Source of the DNA: Nitriliruptoraceae bacterium
GTDB taxonomy: Bacteria > Actinomycetota > Nitriliruptoria > Nitriliruptorales > Nitriliruptoraceae
Reading direction: 5' to 3'
NCBI GenBank assembly: GCA_040904765.1
Contig: JBBDST010000008.1
Coordinates: 4,219 to 68,218, forward strand
DNA length: 64,000 bases
A program made the translations under genes and the position numbers. Position 1 is the stretch's first letter, and each line of letters begins with the position of its first letter. This document shows, piece by piece, positions 37,756 to 47,428 of this stretch. The notes under the pieces were generated by a model. It was not told where the DNA came from and did no database searches. It saw nothing but the letters and a program-made list of their open reading frames with translations.

Positions 37756-39159
37756 CTAATACCGGTAGGTATCGGGCTTGTACGGCCCGTTGACAGAAAC
37801 ACCGAGATAACCCGCCTGTTCATCGGTGAGTACCGTCAACTCCACACCAATCTTTTCCAGATGCAGACGCGCAACTTCCTCGTCAAGGTGGCGTGGCAGC
37901 ACATGCACATCGACGCTGTACTGCTCGGCGTTGGCAAACAGTTCAATCTGTGCCAACACCTGGTTGGTGAACGATGTTGACATCACAAACGATGAGTGGC
38001 CCGTGGCGTTGCCAAGGTTTACGAGTCGGCCCTCAGCCAGCAAGATCACCGTTTTGCCGTTTGGCAGGTGAACTAGGTCAACCTGTGGCTTGATGTTGGT
38101 CCACGGGTAGGAACGCAACGAGGACGTGTCAATCTCGGTGTCAAAATGGCCGATGTTGCAAAGAATCGCATGATCCTTCATGGCCAACACGTGCTCTTGG
38201 GTGACAACGTGCATGTTGCCGGTTGCTGTCACGAGAATGTCTGCGGTTTCAATGATCGAAGGCATCGTCACAACCCGGTAGCCCTCCATCGCAGCCTGAA
38301 GCGCGTTGATCGGGTCAATTTCGGTGATGTAGACGGTCGCCCCCATGCCTTTCAATGCTTGGGCGCAGCCTTTGCCAACGTCGCCGTAGCCGGCAACAAC
38401 CGCAACCTTGCCGGCGATCATGACGTCTGTGCCCCGTTTGATGCCATCAATCAGCGATTCGCGGCAGCCATAAAGGTTGTCGAACTTCGATTTGGTGACC
38501 GCATCATTGACATTGATGGCGGGCATCTTTAACACGCCGTCGCGCATAAATTCTCGCAACTGCTTAACACCGGTCGTGGTTTCTTCAGAGACCCCACGGA
38601 TCGCATCCAGCAATTCAGGGTGCTCTTGATGGATGATGCGGGTGAGGTCTCCCCCATCATCGAGGAGCAGGTTAGGCCCGGAACCGTCAGGCCAACGGAC
38701 GGTCTGTTCGATGCACCATAAGTACTCGTCTTCGGTTTCGCCTTTCCAAGCAAACACAGGAGTTCCGGCTGCAGCAACCGCAGCGGCGGCTTCGTCTTGG
38801 GTAGAGAAAATATTGCACGAAGACCAGCGCACATCGGCACCAAGAACAGCAAGTGTTTCGATGAGGACCGCCGTTTGGACGGTCATATGCAGACATCCAG
38901 CGATCTTTGCTCCGGCGAGCGGCTTGGTGTTTGCATACCGATCACGCAAAGCCATCAGGCCGGGCATTTCTTTTTCGGCCAGTCCGATCTCTTTTCGTCC
39001 CCATTCGGCTAGTGCAATGTCGGCAACTTCATAGTCTGCGTCCGGGTAGCGACGCGTCCGGATGCCTGATGGGGCTGCCCCGCGTGCCGTTTGGTTGGCA
39101 GTGCCAGTGGCGATCGGTGGTGGGTTCACAGAGAAATCCTTTAAGTTGGTGGTGACCAA
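37756..39159 (-). CDS. ahcY: adenosylhomocysteinase
   Basis: [20 protein letters not shown] site [10 protein letters not shown] and GHFDTEID. The start codon is uncertain (TTG 39159 or a later one). Confidence 0.95.
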   Translation of the reverse strand: MVTTNLKDFSVNPPPIATGTANQTARGAAPSGIRTRRYPDADYEVADIALAEWGRKEIGLAEKEMPGLMALRDRYANTKPLAGAKIAGCLHMTVQTAVLIETLAVLGADVRWSSCNIFSTQDEAAAAVAAAGTPVFAWKGETEDEYLWCIEQTVRWPDGSGPNLLLDDGGDLTRIIHQEHPELLDAIRGVSEETTTGVKQLREFMRDGVLKMPAINVNDAVTKSKFDNLYGCRESLIDGIKRGTDVMIAGKVAVVAGYGDVGKGCAQALKGMGATVYITEIDPINALQAAMEGYRVVTMPSIIETADILVTATGNMHVVTQEHVLAMKDHAILCNIGHFDTEIDTSSLRSYPWTNIKPQVDLVHLPNGKTVILLAEGRLVNLGNATGHSSFVMSTSFTNQVLAQIELFANAEQYSVDVHVLPRHLDEEVARLHLEKIGVELTVLTDEQAGYLGVSVNGPYKPDTYRY

Positions 39160-39228
39160 CGCAACAGGGAGACGGTCACGTTCTCAGTGAACCGTATTCC
39201 TTGAATTTTTGCCTGAGGGGACCTGCAG

Positions 39229-39972
39229 TTACACCAGTTGCATTACTGGCATTGCGTCTTTTCGCATGCAAACATCGAGCCCGCGTAAGGCTGTCAACTG
39301 AGCCAAAAAGGTTGCCCGCGGTAGATCAACTGCGCCTAACGACGCTAGGTGTGGGGTCATAATTTGTGCGTCAATGAGGACACCGCCGGCTTCACTGAAG
39401 CGGCGGCAGAGCGCCACAAGCGCCACCTTGGACGCGTTTGATCGGCGAAAAAACATTGATTCAGCGGTGAAAACAGCTCCCAGTTGAACCCCATAGACGC
39501 CGCCAATCAATGTTTTTCCATCCCACACTTCTATGCTGTGTGCCCACGACAGGTCATGTAGGCGCGTGTATGCGGCAATCATTTCAGGTGTTATCCATGT
39601 CGGTTCATCATCACGTTGGGCACAAGCGTGCATTACCGCACTAAAGGCTGTATCGATGGTGGTGTGCCAAGACGCGTGTCGCATGACGCTGCGCAAACTG
39701 CGCGAAATATTGATGTCTTTCGCAGGGATCACCGCCCGTGGGTTGGGTGAAAACCAAGGCGTTGGCATGTCAGAATGCGGCCAAGGGAAAATACCTCGCA
39801 GGTAGGCATCAGCGAGTGTGCCGGGTTCTAAATCGGCCCCAACACCGACTACACCGTCTTCATCGGCTTCACTGGGATGAGGTAATCCCCACATTGATGG
39901 CAGTACGGGACGAGGGCGTCGCAACCTGGCGTGTGGCGCCGGATCGTCAAGCGATGCAGGTTTGATACTCAT
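39229..39972 (-). CDS. aat: leucyl/phenylalanyl-tRNA--protein transferase
   Basis: YLRGIFPWP, WFSPNPRAVI and GGVYGV...GAVFTAESMF family motifs. Confidence 0.8.
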   Translation of the reverse strand: MSIKPASLDDPAPHARLRRPRPVLPSMWGLPHPSEADEDGVVGVGADLEPGTLADAYLRGIFPWPHSDMPTPWFSPNPRAVIPAKDINISRSLRSVMRHASWHTTIDTAFSAVMHACAQRDDEPTWITPEMIAAYTRLHDLSWAHSIEVWDGKTLIGGVYGVQLGAVFTAESMFFRRSNASKVALVALCRRFSEAGGVLIDAQIMTPHLASLGAVDLPRATFLAQLTALRGLDVCMRKDAMPVMQLV

Positions 39973-40073
39973 GTGCGGGCGTGCTTCCTTGCGGTTAACC
40001 AGACAGGCGAAGTGCTGTGGCGGTGAGCCCCAAGACCGCTACGGTTCTCGTGGCATGACAGAAAGTACAGCCT

Positions 40074-40952
40074 GTGCGCCTGCATCTTGTTGATGGCACT
40101 TACGAGTTGGTGCGCGCGCATTTTGCTCCAGGGCCGTCACGTTCGGATAATTCTGGTCGCAATGTGAAGGCTAGTGTGGGTCTGATTGCATCACTGATCA
40201 AACTGTTACATGACCCGGCTGAGGCCGTAACGCATATTGCGGTGGCTTTTGACGATCCCATTGAAAGTTTTCGTAACCGCTTGTTTGACGGTTATAAGAC
40301 CAGCGCTTCGTTGCCTAACGATGTGTTGGAACAGTTTCCCCTCGCGCAAGCAGGCATCTGCGCTTTAGGCCTTGCCTTGTGGCCACAAGACGAGTTTGAA
40401 GCCGATGATGCGATTGCGACGGCGGCAACTCGCGCGGATGATGCGTTTCGTGAGATCCGGATCCTCTCTCCCGACAAAGATTTTGGGCAGTTGGTGAACG
40501 ACCGGGTTGTGCAGATCGATCGCGCCCGAAACCGAGTGCTTGATGCGGCCGGGGTTGCCGATCGTTTAGGTGTGACTCCAGCTGGTGTGCCACTGTTGTT
40601 AGCGCTCCAAGGAGATGCCGCTGACGGCATCCCTGGCGTACCAGGTTTTGGCGCGAAAAGTGCACAGACGGTGGTCAATCGTTATGGCGCTTTAGATGCG
40701 ATTCCGACTGCATGTGCGCAGTGGGACGTATCGTTACGTGGCCGCGACAAGCTATGTGAAACGCTCAATGCCATGCGCTCTGAAATTGCGCTGTATGAGA
40801 CGTTGGCGCGGTTAAGAACGGACGTTCCGCTTGATTGTGGTGTGGCTGATGTGCTGTTTGGTGGGATCCCTCAAGCAGCGTTTGTGGCCTGGTGTGACAC
40901 GGTGAACGCAACTAGTTTGAAGACACGTCCTCGCCGGTGGAAGCACGCATGA
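40074..40952 (+). CDS. 5'-3' exonuclease (FEN / Pol I N-terminal-domain-like)
   Basis: LHLVDGTYELVRA, EADDAIATAA, SPDKDFGQLV and H3TH LQGDAADGIPGVPGFGAKSA. Confidence 0.8.
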   Translation: MRLHLVDGTYELVRAHFAPGPSRSDNSGRNVKASVGLIASLIKLLHDPAEAVTHIAVAFDDPIESFRNRLFDGYKTSASLPNDVLEQFPLAQAGICALGLALWPQDEFEADDAIATAATRADDAFREIRILSPDKDFGQLVNDRVVQIDRARNRVLDAAGVADRLGVTPAGVPLLLALQGDAADGIPGVPGFGAKSAQTVVNRYGALDAIPTACAQWDVSLRGRDKLCETLNAMRSEIALYETLARLRTDVPLDCGVADVLFGGIPQAAFVAWCDTVNATSLKTRPRRWKHA

Positions 40953-42622
40953 CCGAGCCACGAGACGGCAATAACGATCGGCTTGCCAAGCACAGCAATC
41001 AGGTGGCGGCAGGGATCGTGCTGTCACGCATTTTTGGCGTGTTACGAGAAGCACTTTTCGGTGCGTTTCTCGGTACGGGTGCAGCGGCAGATGCATTCCG
41101 CGCAGCGTTACGTATCCCCAACTTGCTACAGAATTTGTTGGGTGAGGGGGTGCTGTCTGCATCATTCATACCGGTGTATGCACGCCTGGTTGACGAAGGC
41201 CGAGAGCGTGAAGCAGGGGCACTCGCCGGAGCAACAGCAGCGTTTCTGGCTTTGCTGGTCACGGTCGTGGTGACGCTTGGCATGTTGTTTGCCGAACCGC
41301 TCGCAAAAATTCTCACCCCAGGCTTTAACGATGGCGGGGAACGGTTCGCGCTCACCGTCACGCTGGTACGAGTCGTGTTTCCTGGTGTTGGGCTGCTGGT
41401 GCTCTCTGCTTGGTGTTTGGGTGTTTTGAACGCCCACCGCCAGTTCTTTGTCAGTTATGTCGCACCCGTATTTTGGAACATTGCCATCATCGCTGCAGTT
41501 TTGACCAGTGCGATTGCGGGCGGCACCGATACGAACATTGCATATGCAGCGGCGGTTGGCACGGTTATTGGAGCCTTCTTACAGTTCGTCAGTCAACTAC
41601 CGCGCCTGCGGCGCACCGCCAAACACATCGTGTTTCGCTTGACGTTTAGCATTGAAGGTGTACGTGAAGTGTTCACACGTTTTGGCACGGTCGTGCTCGG
41701 GCGTGGGTCAGTGCAGATTGCAAGTTACATCGAACTTGCTATCGCTTCGCTGCTTGCTGCGGGCACGCTGGCTGCGCTCGGTTATGCCCAAGTGCTGTAT
41801 TTGCTGCCAATTGCCGTGTTTGGAATGAGCGTTGCGGCGGCGGAACTGCCTGAGTTGTCGACGAGAAATGCCGGCGTGATCGAAAATGCACAACCAAAAA
41901 TTGAACGTGCGTTTGGTCGCGTCGCGTTTTTTGTAGCGCCCAGTGCCGTCATGTTAATTGTTGCTGGTGACCACATTGTTGCGTTGCTCTATCAAGGTGT
42001 GCGCTTTAGTGTCGACGATGTTCAGCACGTCGGCATTATCGTTAGCCTGTACGGCTTTGCGTTACTGGCTGCAACGAGCAGTCGTGTGTTGCAGTCAGTG
42101 TTGTTTGCTGTGGGTGATGTCAGAAGCCCTGCCGTGTTTGCTTTGCTGCGGGTCTTAACTGGTTTGGGCATTGCACTCGTGCTGATTTTTCCGCTTGATG
42201 CGTGGCAGATTGGGGTAAACGGAATAACCCAAGTGCGGGAAGCAAGCTTTGGTGTGACCCCGTTGGATGAACGGGCGTCGCTTGAGAGCTTGCGGCGGCT
42301 GGGAGTACTTGGACTGGTCGCAGGTTCCGTTGTTGGGGCGTGGCTTGAATACGGCCTGTTGCGGCGTCGAGTCGTAAAGCTCGGTCTCACTGTTCGCATC
42401 GGCGGAGACAGTCGCCGGGCGGTGTTTGTCGCTGCCGTGCTCACGGCAGCAGCCGGCGTGTTACTGCGGATTTTTGTGCCATTTGGAAGTGGCACAAAAT
42501 TTGGTGGAGTGCCGCTGTTGCTTGCGATGGCGGCGATCTATTTGTGGGTGACGCTCTCCTACCAGGTTGACGACGCCAATCGTCTCCGGGCAGCTCTTAC
42601 CCGTTTGAAATGGCGGCGCTAA
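40949..42622 (+). CDS. murJ: lipid II flippase MurJ (MviN)
   Basis: SRIFGVLREALFGAFLGTGAAADAFRAALRIPNLLQNLLGEG and about 14 hydrophobic segments. ATG 40949 overlaps the exonuclease stop. Confidence 0.85.
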   Translation: MTEPRDGNNDRLAKHSNQVAAGIVLSRIFGVLREALFGAFLGTGAAADAFRAALRIPNLLQNLLGEGVLSASFIPVYARLVDEGREREAGALAGATAAFLALLVTVVVTLGMLFAEPLAKILTPGFNDGGERFALTVTLVRVVFPGVGLLVLSAWCLGVLNAHRQFFVSYVAPVFWNIAIIAAVLTSAIAGGTDTNIAYAAAVGTVIGAFLQFVSQLPRLRRTAKHIVFRLTFSIEGVREVFTRFGTVVLGRGSVQIASYIELAIASLLAAGTLAALGYAQVLYLLPIAVFGMSVAAAELPELSTRNAGVIENAQPKIERAFGRVAFFVAPSAVMLIVAGDHIVALLYQGVRFSVDDVQHVGIIVSLYGFALLAATSSRVLQSVLFAVGDVRSPAVFALLRVLTGLGIALVLIFPLDAWQIGVNGITQVREASFGVTPLDERASLESLRRLGVLGLVAGSVVGAWLEYGLLRRRVVKLGLTVRIGGDSRRAVFVAAVLTAAAGVLLRIFVPFGSGTKFGGVPLLLAMAAIYLWVTLSYQVDDANRLRAALTRLKWRR

Positions 42623-43110
42623 TCAGTTGTGGGGTCGTTTAGGAGGGCTAACAGTTCTTCTTGCCACCAAGCGAGATGGTCGATGATTGCCAGTGCGTGT
42701 TGACGTTCGTCGTCTGGCGCAATGGTGTCACGGTCGAACGCGTCAATGTCGATACTGGCGCCAAGCATCAGGCGCATGTCATTGATCAGTTGCAGTACCT
42801 GGTCGATGTCATCAACGGCGACGATCAGACGGTAGATATTGCGATGCCGGGTAGCGCTGTTAAGCCACACGTCGGCGGCATGCAACGACTGCTCACGCCA
42901 CGCCAACAGGCCTTCGTTCACCCGTGGCGTGTTGGCAGCGTCAGAGTCAAGGACCTGAGGTGGAAAGAGGCGCCGGAAACGGCGATCTTCAGGATCTGCA
43001 GCGGTCACACAGCCTGACAAATCGGCGTAAAGCGTAAGTAGCAGGTCGTATTCGACCGCATGAAACGTGCATTGGATATTGGTGCCGACACGCTGAAACC
43101 TCGCCATCAC
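42619..43110 (-). CDS. DUF2017-domain protein (conserved ClpS neighbour)
   Basis: 163 aa, with a 4-nt overlap with clpS upstream. This position and size are typical of the actinobacterial clpS-DUF2017 pair. Confidence 0.6.
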   Translation of the reverse strand: MMARFQRVGTNIQCTFHAVEYDLLLTLYADLSGCVTAADPEDRRFRRLFPPQVLDSDAANTPRVNEGLLAWREQSLHAADVWLNSATRHRNIYRLIVAVDDIDQVLQLINDMRLMLGASIDIDAFDRDTIAPDDERQHALAIIDHLAWWQEELLALLNDPTTD

Positions 43111-43403
43111 ACGCCTTTTTGCATGGTGGCATGTAATCCGAAACGTTGTAATGCGGCAACGTATGCTTCGGCTTGATCTTTTGGTTCAGATGCGACCAGG
43201 GCCTTACCGTTGTTGTGCACTTCCAACATTAACTTGGTGGCAACTGCCGTCGAAAAACCGAAAACTTTCTTCAGGACGTACACGACGTAAGACATGAGAT
43301 TTACCGGATCGTCCCAAACGATCACGTCCCATGGAACATCAAGCGTCTGAATGACCTCGGTGTCTGGCGCCTCAACGGGAGTGGGGAGACTAGGCGAAGT
43401 CAT
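43107..43403 (-). CDS. clpS: ATP-dependent Clp protease adaptor ClpS
   Basis: WDVIVWDDPVNLMSYVVYVLKKVFGFS...ATKLMLEVHNNGKA matches the ClpS core. Confidence 0.9.
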   Translation of the reverse strand: MTSPSLPTPVEAPDTEVIQTLDVPWDVIVWDDPVNLMSYVVYVLKKVFGFSTAVATKLMLEVHNNGKALVASEPKDQAEAYVAALQRFGLHATMQKGV

Positions 43404-43445
43404 AAGGCGCTCGACGGTGTCACCGTGTGGCGTAGACGTCGTGGA

Positions 43446-43751
43446 CTAGCGCCGACGACGGCGAGCCATGCGACGCTGACGTTCACGCTCTTCAAGGTCA
43501 TCCCAGAACGGCGGTGCAGCCATCGTCAAGCCGGCCGGGGTGTGCGGAGGAGCTTTCTTTGTCACTTCGATCGACACAGCCGCGCGACGCCCAGTTTCGC
43601 TGTCTTTTGATTCAAACGCGATGTGGTCGCCTGTTTGCAAACCCAGACGCGATGCTTCATCACCTGCGACGTAGAATTCGTGGCCAGTGTCGTCGACGAT
43701 AACGCCAAAATTACGTGCGTTGTTGATGAGTTTGACGTGTCCGGTAGGCAT
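43446..43751 (-). CDS. cold-shock-domain-like small protein with basic tail, hypothetical
   Basis: GHVKLINNARNFGVIVDDTGHEFYV is arranged like the CspA beta1-beta3 region but is degenerate. The C-terminus is RERQRRMARRRRR. Confidence 0.4.
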   Translation of the reverse strand: MPTGHVKLINNARNFGVIVDDTGHEFYVAGDEASRLGLQTGDHIAFESKDSETGRRAAVSIEVTKKAPPHTPAGLTMAAPPFWDDLEERERQRRMARRRRR

Positions 43752-43834
43752 AAGTGGTTAGACCTCAGAAAAAGAAGGGATGCTCAAAAGAAAAAGACGT
43801 TGTAAGTCTATCGTAGCCGGTGAGCTGGAGCGAG

Positions 43835-44125
43835 TTAACCTCGGGCTGCTGCCCAAGCACGAGCTGCATCTTCAACGTCATCAAAGTCGCCTGAGGTGAG
43901 CCTTTGGACCGGGGTATGACCTTCAAGGCGCTGTTGTGGGCTTAAAAGCCAGATGCGGATGCTGGCATCGTCTGCCCAGCCTTGCAGCACACGCAGAACG
44001 TCTAAAGCGGCATGTAACGCTTGGCGGCTGTCACCTAGCGGCGCATCAAGCAGTTGATCGACCGCTTCGTCGCCGACGATGTTGCGCAGTTCCATCTCGT
44101 CATCAAGTGGATCGTCACGATACAT
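43835..44125 (-). CDS. hypothetical protein with DUF2384 (Xre/MbcA/ParS antitoxin C-terminal)-like segment
   Basis: WLLSPQQRLEGHTPVQRLTSGDFDDVEDAARAW resembles the W-x3-P-x3-L-x-G-x2-P...V motif of that domain. There is no HTH part. Confidence 0.4.
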   Translation of the reverse strand: MYRDDPLDDEMELRNIVGDEAVDQLLDAPLGDSRQALHAALDVLRVLQGWADDASIRIWLLSPQQRLEGHTPVQRLTSGDFDDVEDAARAWAAARG

Positions 44126-44453
44126 CAGGTAAGTCTTTCAGGGCGTGATACTGCCGTTCGCAGTCTTTCAAGAAGTCGTCGGCAGCATCTATGCGTACAG
44201 GCAAGCGATCCAGTTCGTCGTAAATCAGTGCGAGACGTTCCGTGACCATCTCAAACACGGCCTGGTCGTTTGGTTGAAACAGGCGTCGGTAGCGGCGGTC
44301 GACAGTATCGATCAACGCTGCCGATTCGGACTGGTTGCGCCGTAACCGTCTTGCTTCGGCATTGAGATACTCCTCATAATTGCGCAACTGTTGTGCTTCT
44401 TCACGTGCGCGTAGCAGTGCGAAGTACGCCGTCTCAGTTTCTGGTGACTCCAT
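44115..44453 (-). CDS. hypothetical coiled-coil protein
   Basis: 112 aa, charged and heptad-like (AREEAQQLRNYEEYLNAEARRLRR). It overlaps the next ORF by 11 nt. Confidence 0.4.
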   Translation of the reverse strand: MESPETETAYFALLRAREEAQQLRNYEEYLNAEARRLRRNQSESAALIDTVDRRYRRLFQPNDQAVFEMVTERLALIYDELDRLPVRIDAADDFLKDCERQYHALKDLPDVS

Positions 44454-44460
44454 TGCAGTC

Positions 44461-44910
44461 CTACGCCGGTTGGCACCGGGTTTGAAGCCCAGTGAGCGTT
44501 TGTGCGATCAGGGTTTCGGCGGCGCGACGTTTCATCACACGCGGTAGGGCCATCGCAACATCAACGTCGATGGTGTAACGCACGGTCGTGATGCCGTCTG
44601 CATGGCTTAGCCGGTACTCGCCATCGAACTGGCTGAGCAGATCAGCGTCAACGAGCTCCCAGCTCACCATCGCCACGTCGTAACGGTAAGTCAGCGTGTA
44701 GCGCAGCTGGGTGAGTTTAATATCAATCAGAAAGGTTGCTTTTTGCACCCGACCTTCCGTGTCATACGCATCAATTATGACGTCGAGGATGCCCTCATTC
44801 CATGAGGGATACGCCTCGATCGAGGTCAAGACCTCGGCAACGCGCTCGAGTGGTTCACGAAATGAGACATCGCCACTGACCCGCTCCCCCATATCGTTAC
44901 CTGTCGCCAT
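44461..44910 (-). CDS. SRPBCC (START/polyketide cyclase-like) family protein
   Basis: 149 aa. IEAYPSWNEG and alternating beta-strand patterns are typical of SRPBCC ligand-binding proteins. Confidence 0.6.
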   Translation of the reverse strand: MATGNDMGERVSGDVSFREPLERVAEVLTSIEAYPSWNEGILDVIIDAYDTEGRVQKATFLIDIKLTQLRYTLTYRYDVAMVSWELVDADLLSQFDGEYRLSHADGITTVRYTIDVDVAMALPRVMKRRAAETLIAQTLTGLQTRCQPA

Positions 44911-45907
44911 TGTCCGCGTTTAGCCCGTGGTCCGTGTCGGTGTTCGTAAGGTCATCTCGCAAACGACGCTGTGCTTCTTCCCGCGTACGAAACGTGTCGA
45001 TTTCACGCAGTAACCGTCGCCGGTCCGCCTCCAACTGTAACGTCAACTCGGCAAACGTTTCACCGTCAGGCCCAGACCAGGCAGGACACAACGTTTGAAA
45101 ATCACACCAGTTACACAGCGGATTAGGTTCGGGTGCGAACGCGCTAGCGCGGATAGCTTCAGCTGTTTCTAACACGGTCGCGCGGGCTTTATCAAGATCA
45201 AGTTCGCTCACGGGCACCGTGATACTCACCCCAGGTACAACAAAGTCAAGGGCGACGCTTTCGGGCAAACGCCCATACAGGTATTCGCACGCCAACGCAT
45301 ACAACGACAGCTGTAGTGAGCGTGACACGTCTTGGTAAGTCTTGGCCTTACGGTTGGTTTTGTAGTCGATGACGTGCAACCCCCCGTCGTCATCAACATC
45401 CACACGATCGATCGATCCGACGATCGTCACGTTGTTGCCCATCGGCATGTCAAACCACTGTTCGGTGGCGAGCGGCAACCGAAAATCGTCAACGACACGC
45501 TGGTAGTAACGGCGCAACACCTCTTGAGCGTGCCGGTAATACTCCATCTGTTCGTCACGAGGCAGGCTTACGAAACCAGATTTGTCCCACTTGGCGTACA
45601 GCGTGTCCAACAACACCTCAAGGGGTGGAGCTGTTGGCAGTTTGCGGTCAAAGAATGCTTCGAGTGCGGCATGCACGGAATTACCAAAACTTAAATGTGG
45701 CGACGGTTTTTGAGGCAACTTGTCGATGTAGGCAAACCGGAATTTGAGGCCACAGTTTTGATACGTATCGATCCGGCTAAAAGACAGCCGCAACCGGTCG
45801 AGTTGTTCGATACCAAGCGGCAACGTGGGTTCAAACACACCAAAATTGCTCGCTGTCACGTCAGCGGGCAGCACAGAAGGTGAGCTATCGGCGTCATTGT
45901 CGGGCAT
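44897..45907 (-). CDS. PD-(D/E)XK nuclease family protein with Cas4/AddB-like Cys cluster
   Basis: GSIDRVDV...LHVIDYKT (D...D/E-x-K), N-terminal Cys in YQNCGLKF and C-terminal CNWCDFQTLCPAW. Confidence 0.7.
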   Translation of the reverse strand: MPDNDADSSPSVLPADVTASNFGVFEPTLPLGIEQLDRLRLSFSRIDTYQNCGLKFRFAYIDKLPQKPSPHLSFGNSVHAALEAFFDRKLPTAPPLEVLLDTLYAKWDKSGFVSLPRDEQMEYYRHAQEVLRRYYQRVVDDFRLPLATEQWFDMPMGNNVTIVGSIDRVDVDDDGGLHVIDYKTNRKAKTYQDVSRSLQLSLYALACEYLYGRLPESVALDFVVPGVSITVPVSELDLDKARATVLETAEAIRASAFAPEPNPLCNWCDFQTLCPAWSGPDGETFAELTLQLEADRRRLLREIDTFRTREEAQRRLRDDLTNTDTDHGLNADNGDR

Positions 45908-45948
45908 GCGTTAAACCTAGTGGGCGGTTGCGACGTTTGGGTATGACG

Positions 45949-46728
45949 TCACTCGCCGCGAGTAGCTAGCGCTAATACAGCATCATGGAGATATCCGTTG
46001 CTGCTCACTCCGCTGCCCGCGTCAGCTCTCGCAGTGCCATCCAACGCGGTAAACCGGCCGCCTGCAGACTCAACGAGCAGTTTCACTGCTGCCAGATCCC
46101 ACAGTTTGGCTTCTGCATCAATTGCGATATCAGTGCTGCCGGCAGCAACCAAACAGTGCTGCCAAAAATCGCCATAACCGCGTGTGCGGCGAGATTGGGC
46201 CACAAGTGCATTAACAAGCGGTTGCTGGCTAGCTGTTACAAAATGACTTAATCCGCCAAAGGACACTTCCGCATCGGCAATCGTCGTTGTTTCACTGACG
46301 GCGATATTGCGGCCATCTTGGTGACTACCAGCGTCACGTATCGCGTCGAAACGGGTCGTTAATGCTGGTGCCGAGATAACACTGGCTACCTCTTGACCGT
46401 CGACACGTACCGCAATGAGAGTTGCAAAAATCGGGTTGCCTGACACAAAGTTGGCGGTTCCATCAATCGGGTCGATCACCCAAGTGGGTGCGTCAGGATC
46501 ACCTTGTGTGACACCGTCTTCTTCGCCCAGAATGGAATGATCGGGGAAAGCATGCGTTATCGCAGCACGGATGCGTTGCTCTGTTTCGAGGTCGCATGCC
46601 GTAACCCAAGAACCGTCCTGCTTGGTGTCGACGGCGCCGTGCTGGCGAAACGCAGCCAAGGTGATTTGGTCGGCGTCGTCAGCGAATGACAAAGCTGCAT
46701 CCCGCCAGTCAGTCCACTCTCTCACCAC
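45949..46728 (-). CDS. inositol monophosphatase family protein (possibly histidinol-phosphatase HisN)
   Basis: ILGEEDG, WVIDPIDGTANF and GYGDFWQH motifs. Confidence 0.8.
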   Translation of the reverse strand: MVREWTDWRDAALSFADDADQITLAAFRQHGAVDTKQDGSWVTACDLETEQRIRAAITHAFPDHSILGEEDGVTQGDPDAPTWVIDPIDGTANFVSGNPIFATLIAVRVDGQEVASVISAPALTTRFDAIRDAGSHQDGRNIAVSETTTIADAEVSFGGLSHFVTASQQPLVNALVAQSRRTRGYGDFWQHCLVAAGSTDIAIDAEAKLWDLAAVKLLVESAGGRFTALDGTARADAGSGVSSNGYLHDAVLALATRGE

Positions 46729-47189
46729 TCGAACGACATGTCGTTAAAGCGCAGGATGATGTCGTTTGGTTGGACGGTGAGTACGACGTCATCACGCGGT
46801 ACCCACAAGGGGATACAGGGGCCTTGCCCGGCATGTCCCATCAGACAGATCAGCACCTGGCCTGCTTCATCGACACCTACGATCTGGCGGGCATAGCTGA
46901 GTAGTTCATGGAACTCAGCAGAACCGGCACGCCGCTTCTGATATGCCGTAGCCCAACGGGATTCTGATTTGCCGTAGTTTGCAATCACTTGACCCGGAGC
47001 GAGTTTAGAAATGCCGTTGAGTGAACGCACGACACGTAACGGCGTGTCCTGTTTAGGGATTTTCCCGACGCGGATCGCAGCGTCGCATTCCGACAGGCGT
47101 CCTGGCAGGTCAGCAATCTCGAAGATGCCAGCCGCCTGTGCAGCCTTTTGGCGTTCGGTCGGGATCTGAACCTCAATCTTTGTGGCCAC
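46722..47189 (-). CDS. hypothetical protein
   Basis: 155-aa ORF whose stop overlaps the following IMPase-family gene by 7 nt. No motif recognised. Confidence 0.45.
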   Translation of the reverse strand: MATKIEVQIPTERQKAAQAAGIFEIADLPGRLSECDAAIRVGKIPKQDTPLRVVRSLNGISKLAPGQVIANYGKSESRWATAYQKRRAGSAEFHELLSYARQIVGVDEAGQVLICLMGHAGQGPCIPLWVPRDDVVLTVQPNDIILRFNDMSFEW

Positions 47190-47428
47190 GAAGGCTCCTC
47201 ACTGAGCGGGCGTGTGACACGGCGGTGTAGTTGATGATCACACCGCAACGTGTGCACCTAGTGTAAAGCTTTTCTCTACGAAGAACGTAGCAACATTGCC
47301 AGCAGCATTGTGTATGTTTGGCCCGTGGGAGGCATTGCACTGACGTTGGGAGCTGTGCACAAGATGCATACCGGTCTGCAAGGTCATAGCTGTGCAGGTG
47401 AATACGACGATCTTATAGGAGTCTGGGA

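Noticed and set aside
39160-39228. Possible SAH riboswitch upstream of ahcY
   Set aside because: The spacer is only 69 nt. It shows one short imperfect hairpin (CGGTTCAC/GTGACCG) and none of the conserved SAH-element sequence I remember.
43835-44453. Toxin-antitoxin pair (coiled-coil ORF plus DUF2384-like ORF)
   Set aside because: There is no RES-domain or other recognisable toxin, and the DUF2384-like protein lacks the HTH part. The gene order also does not match Xre-RES modules. It is reported only as part of the four-gene string.
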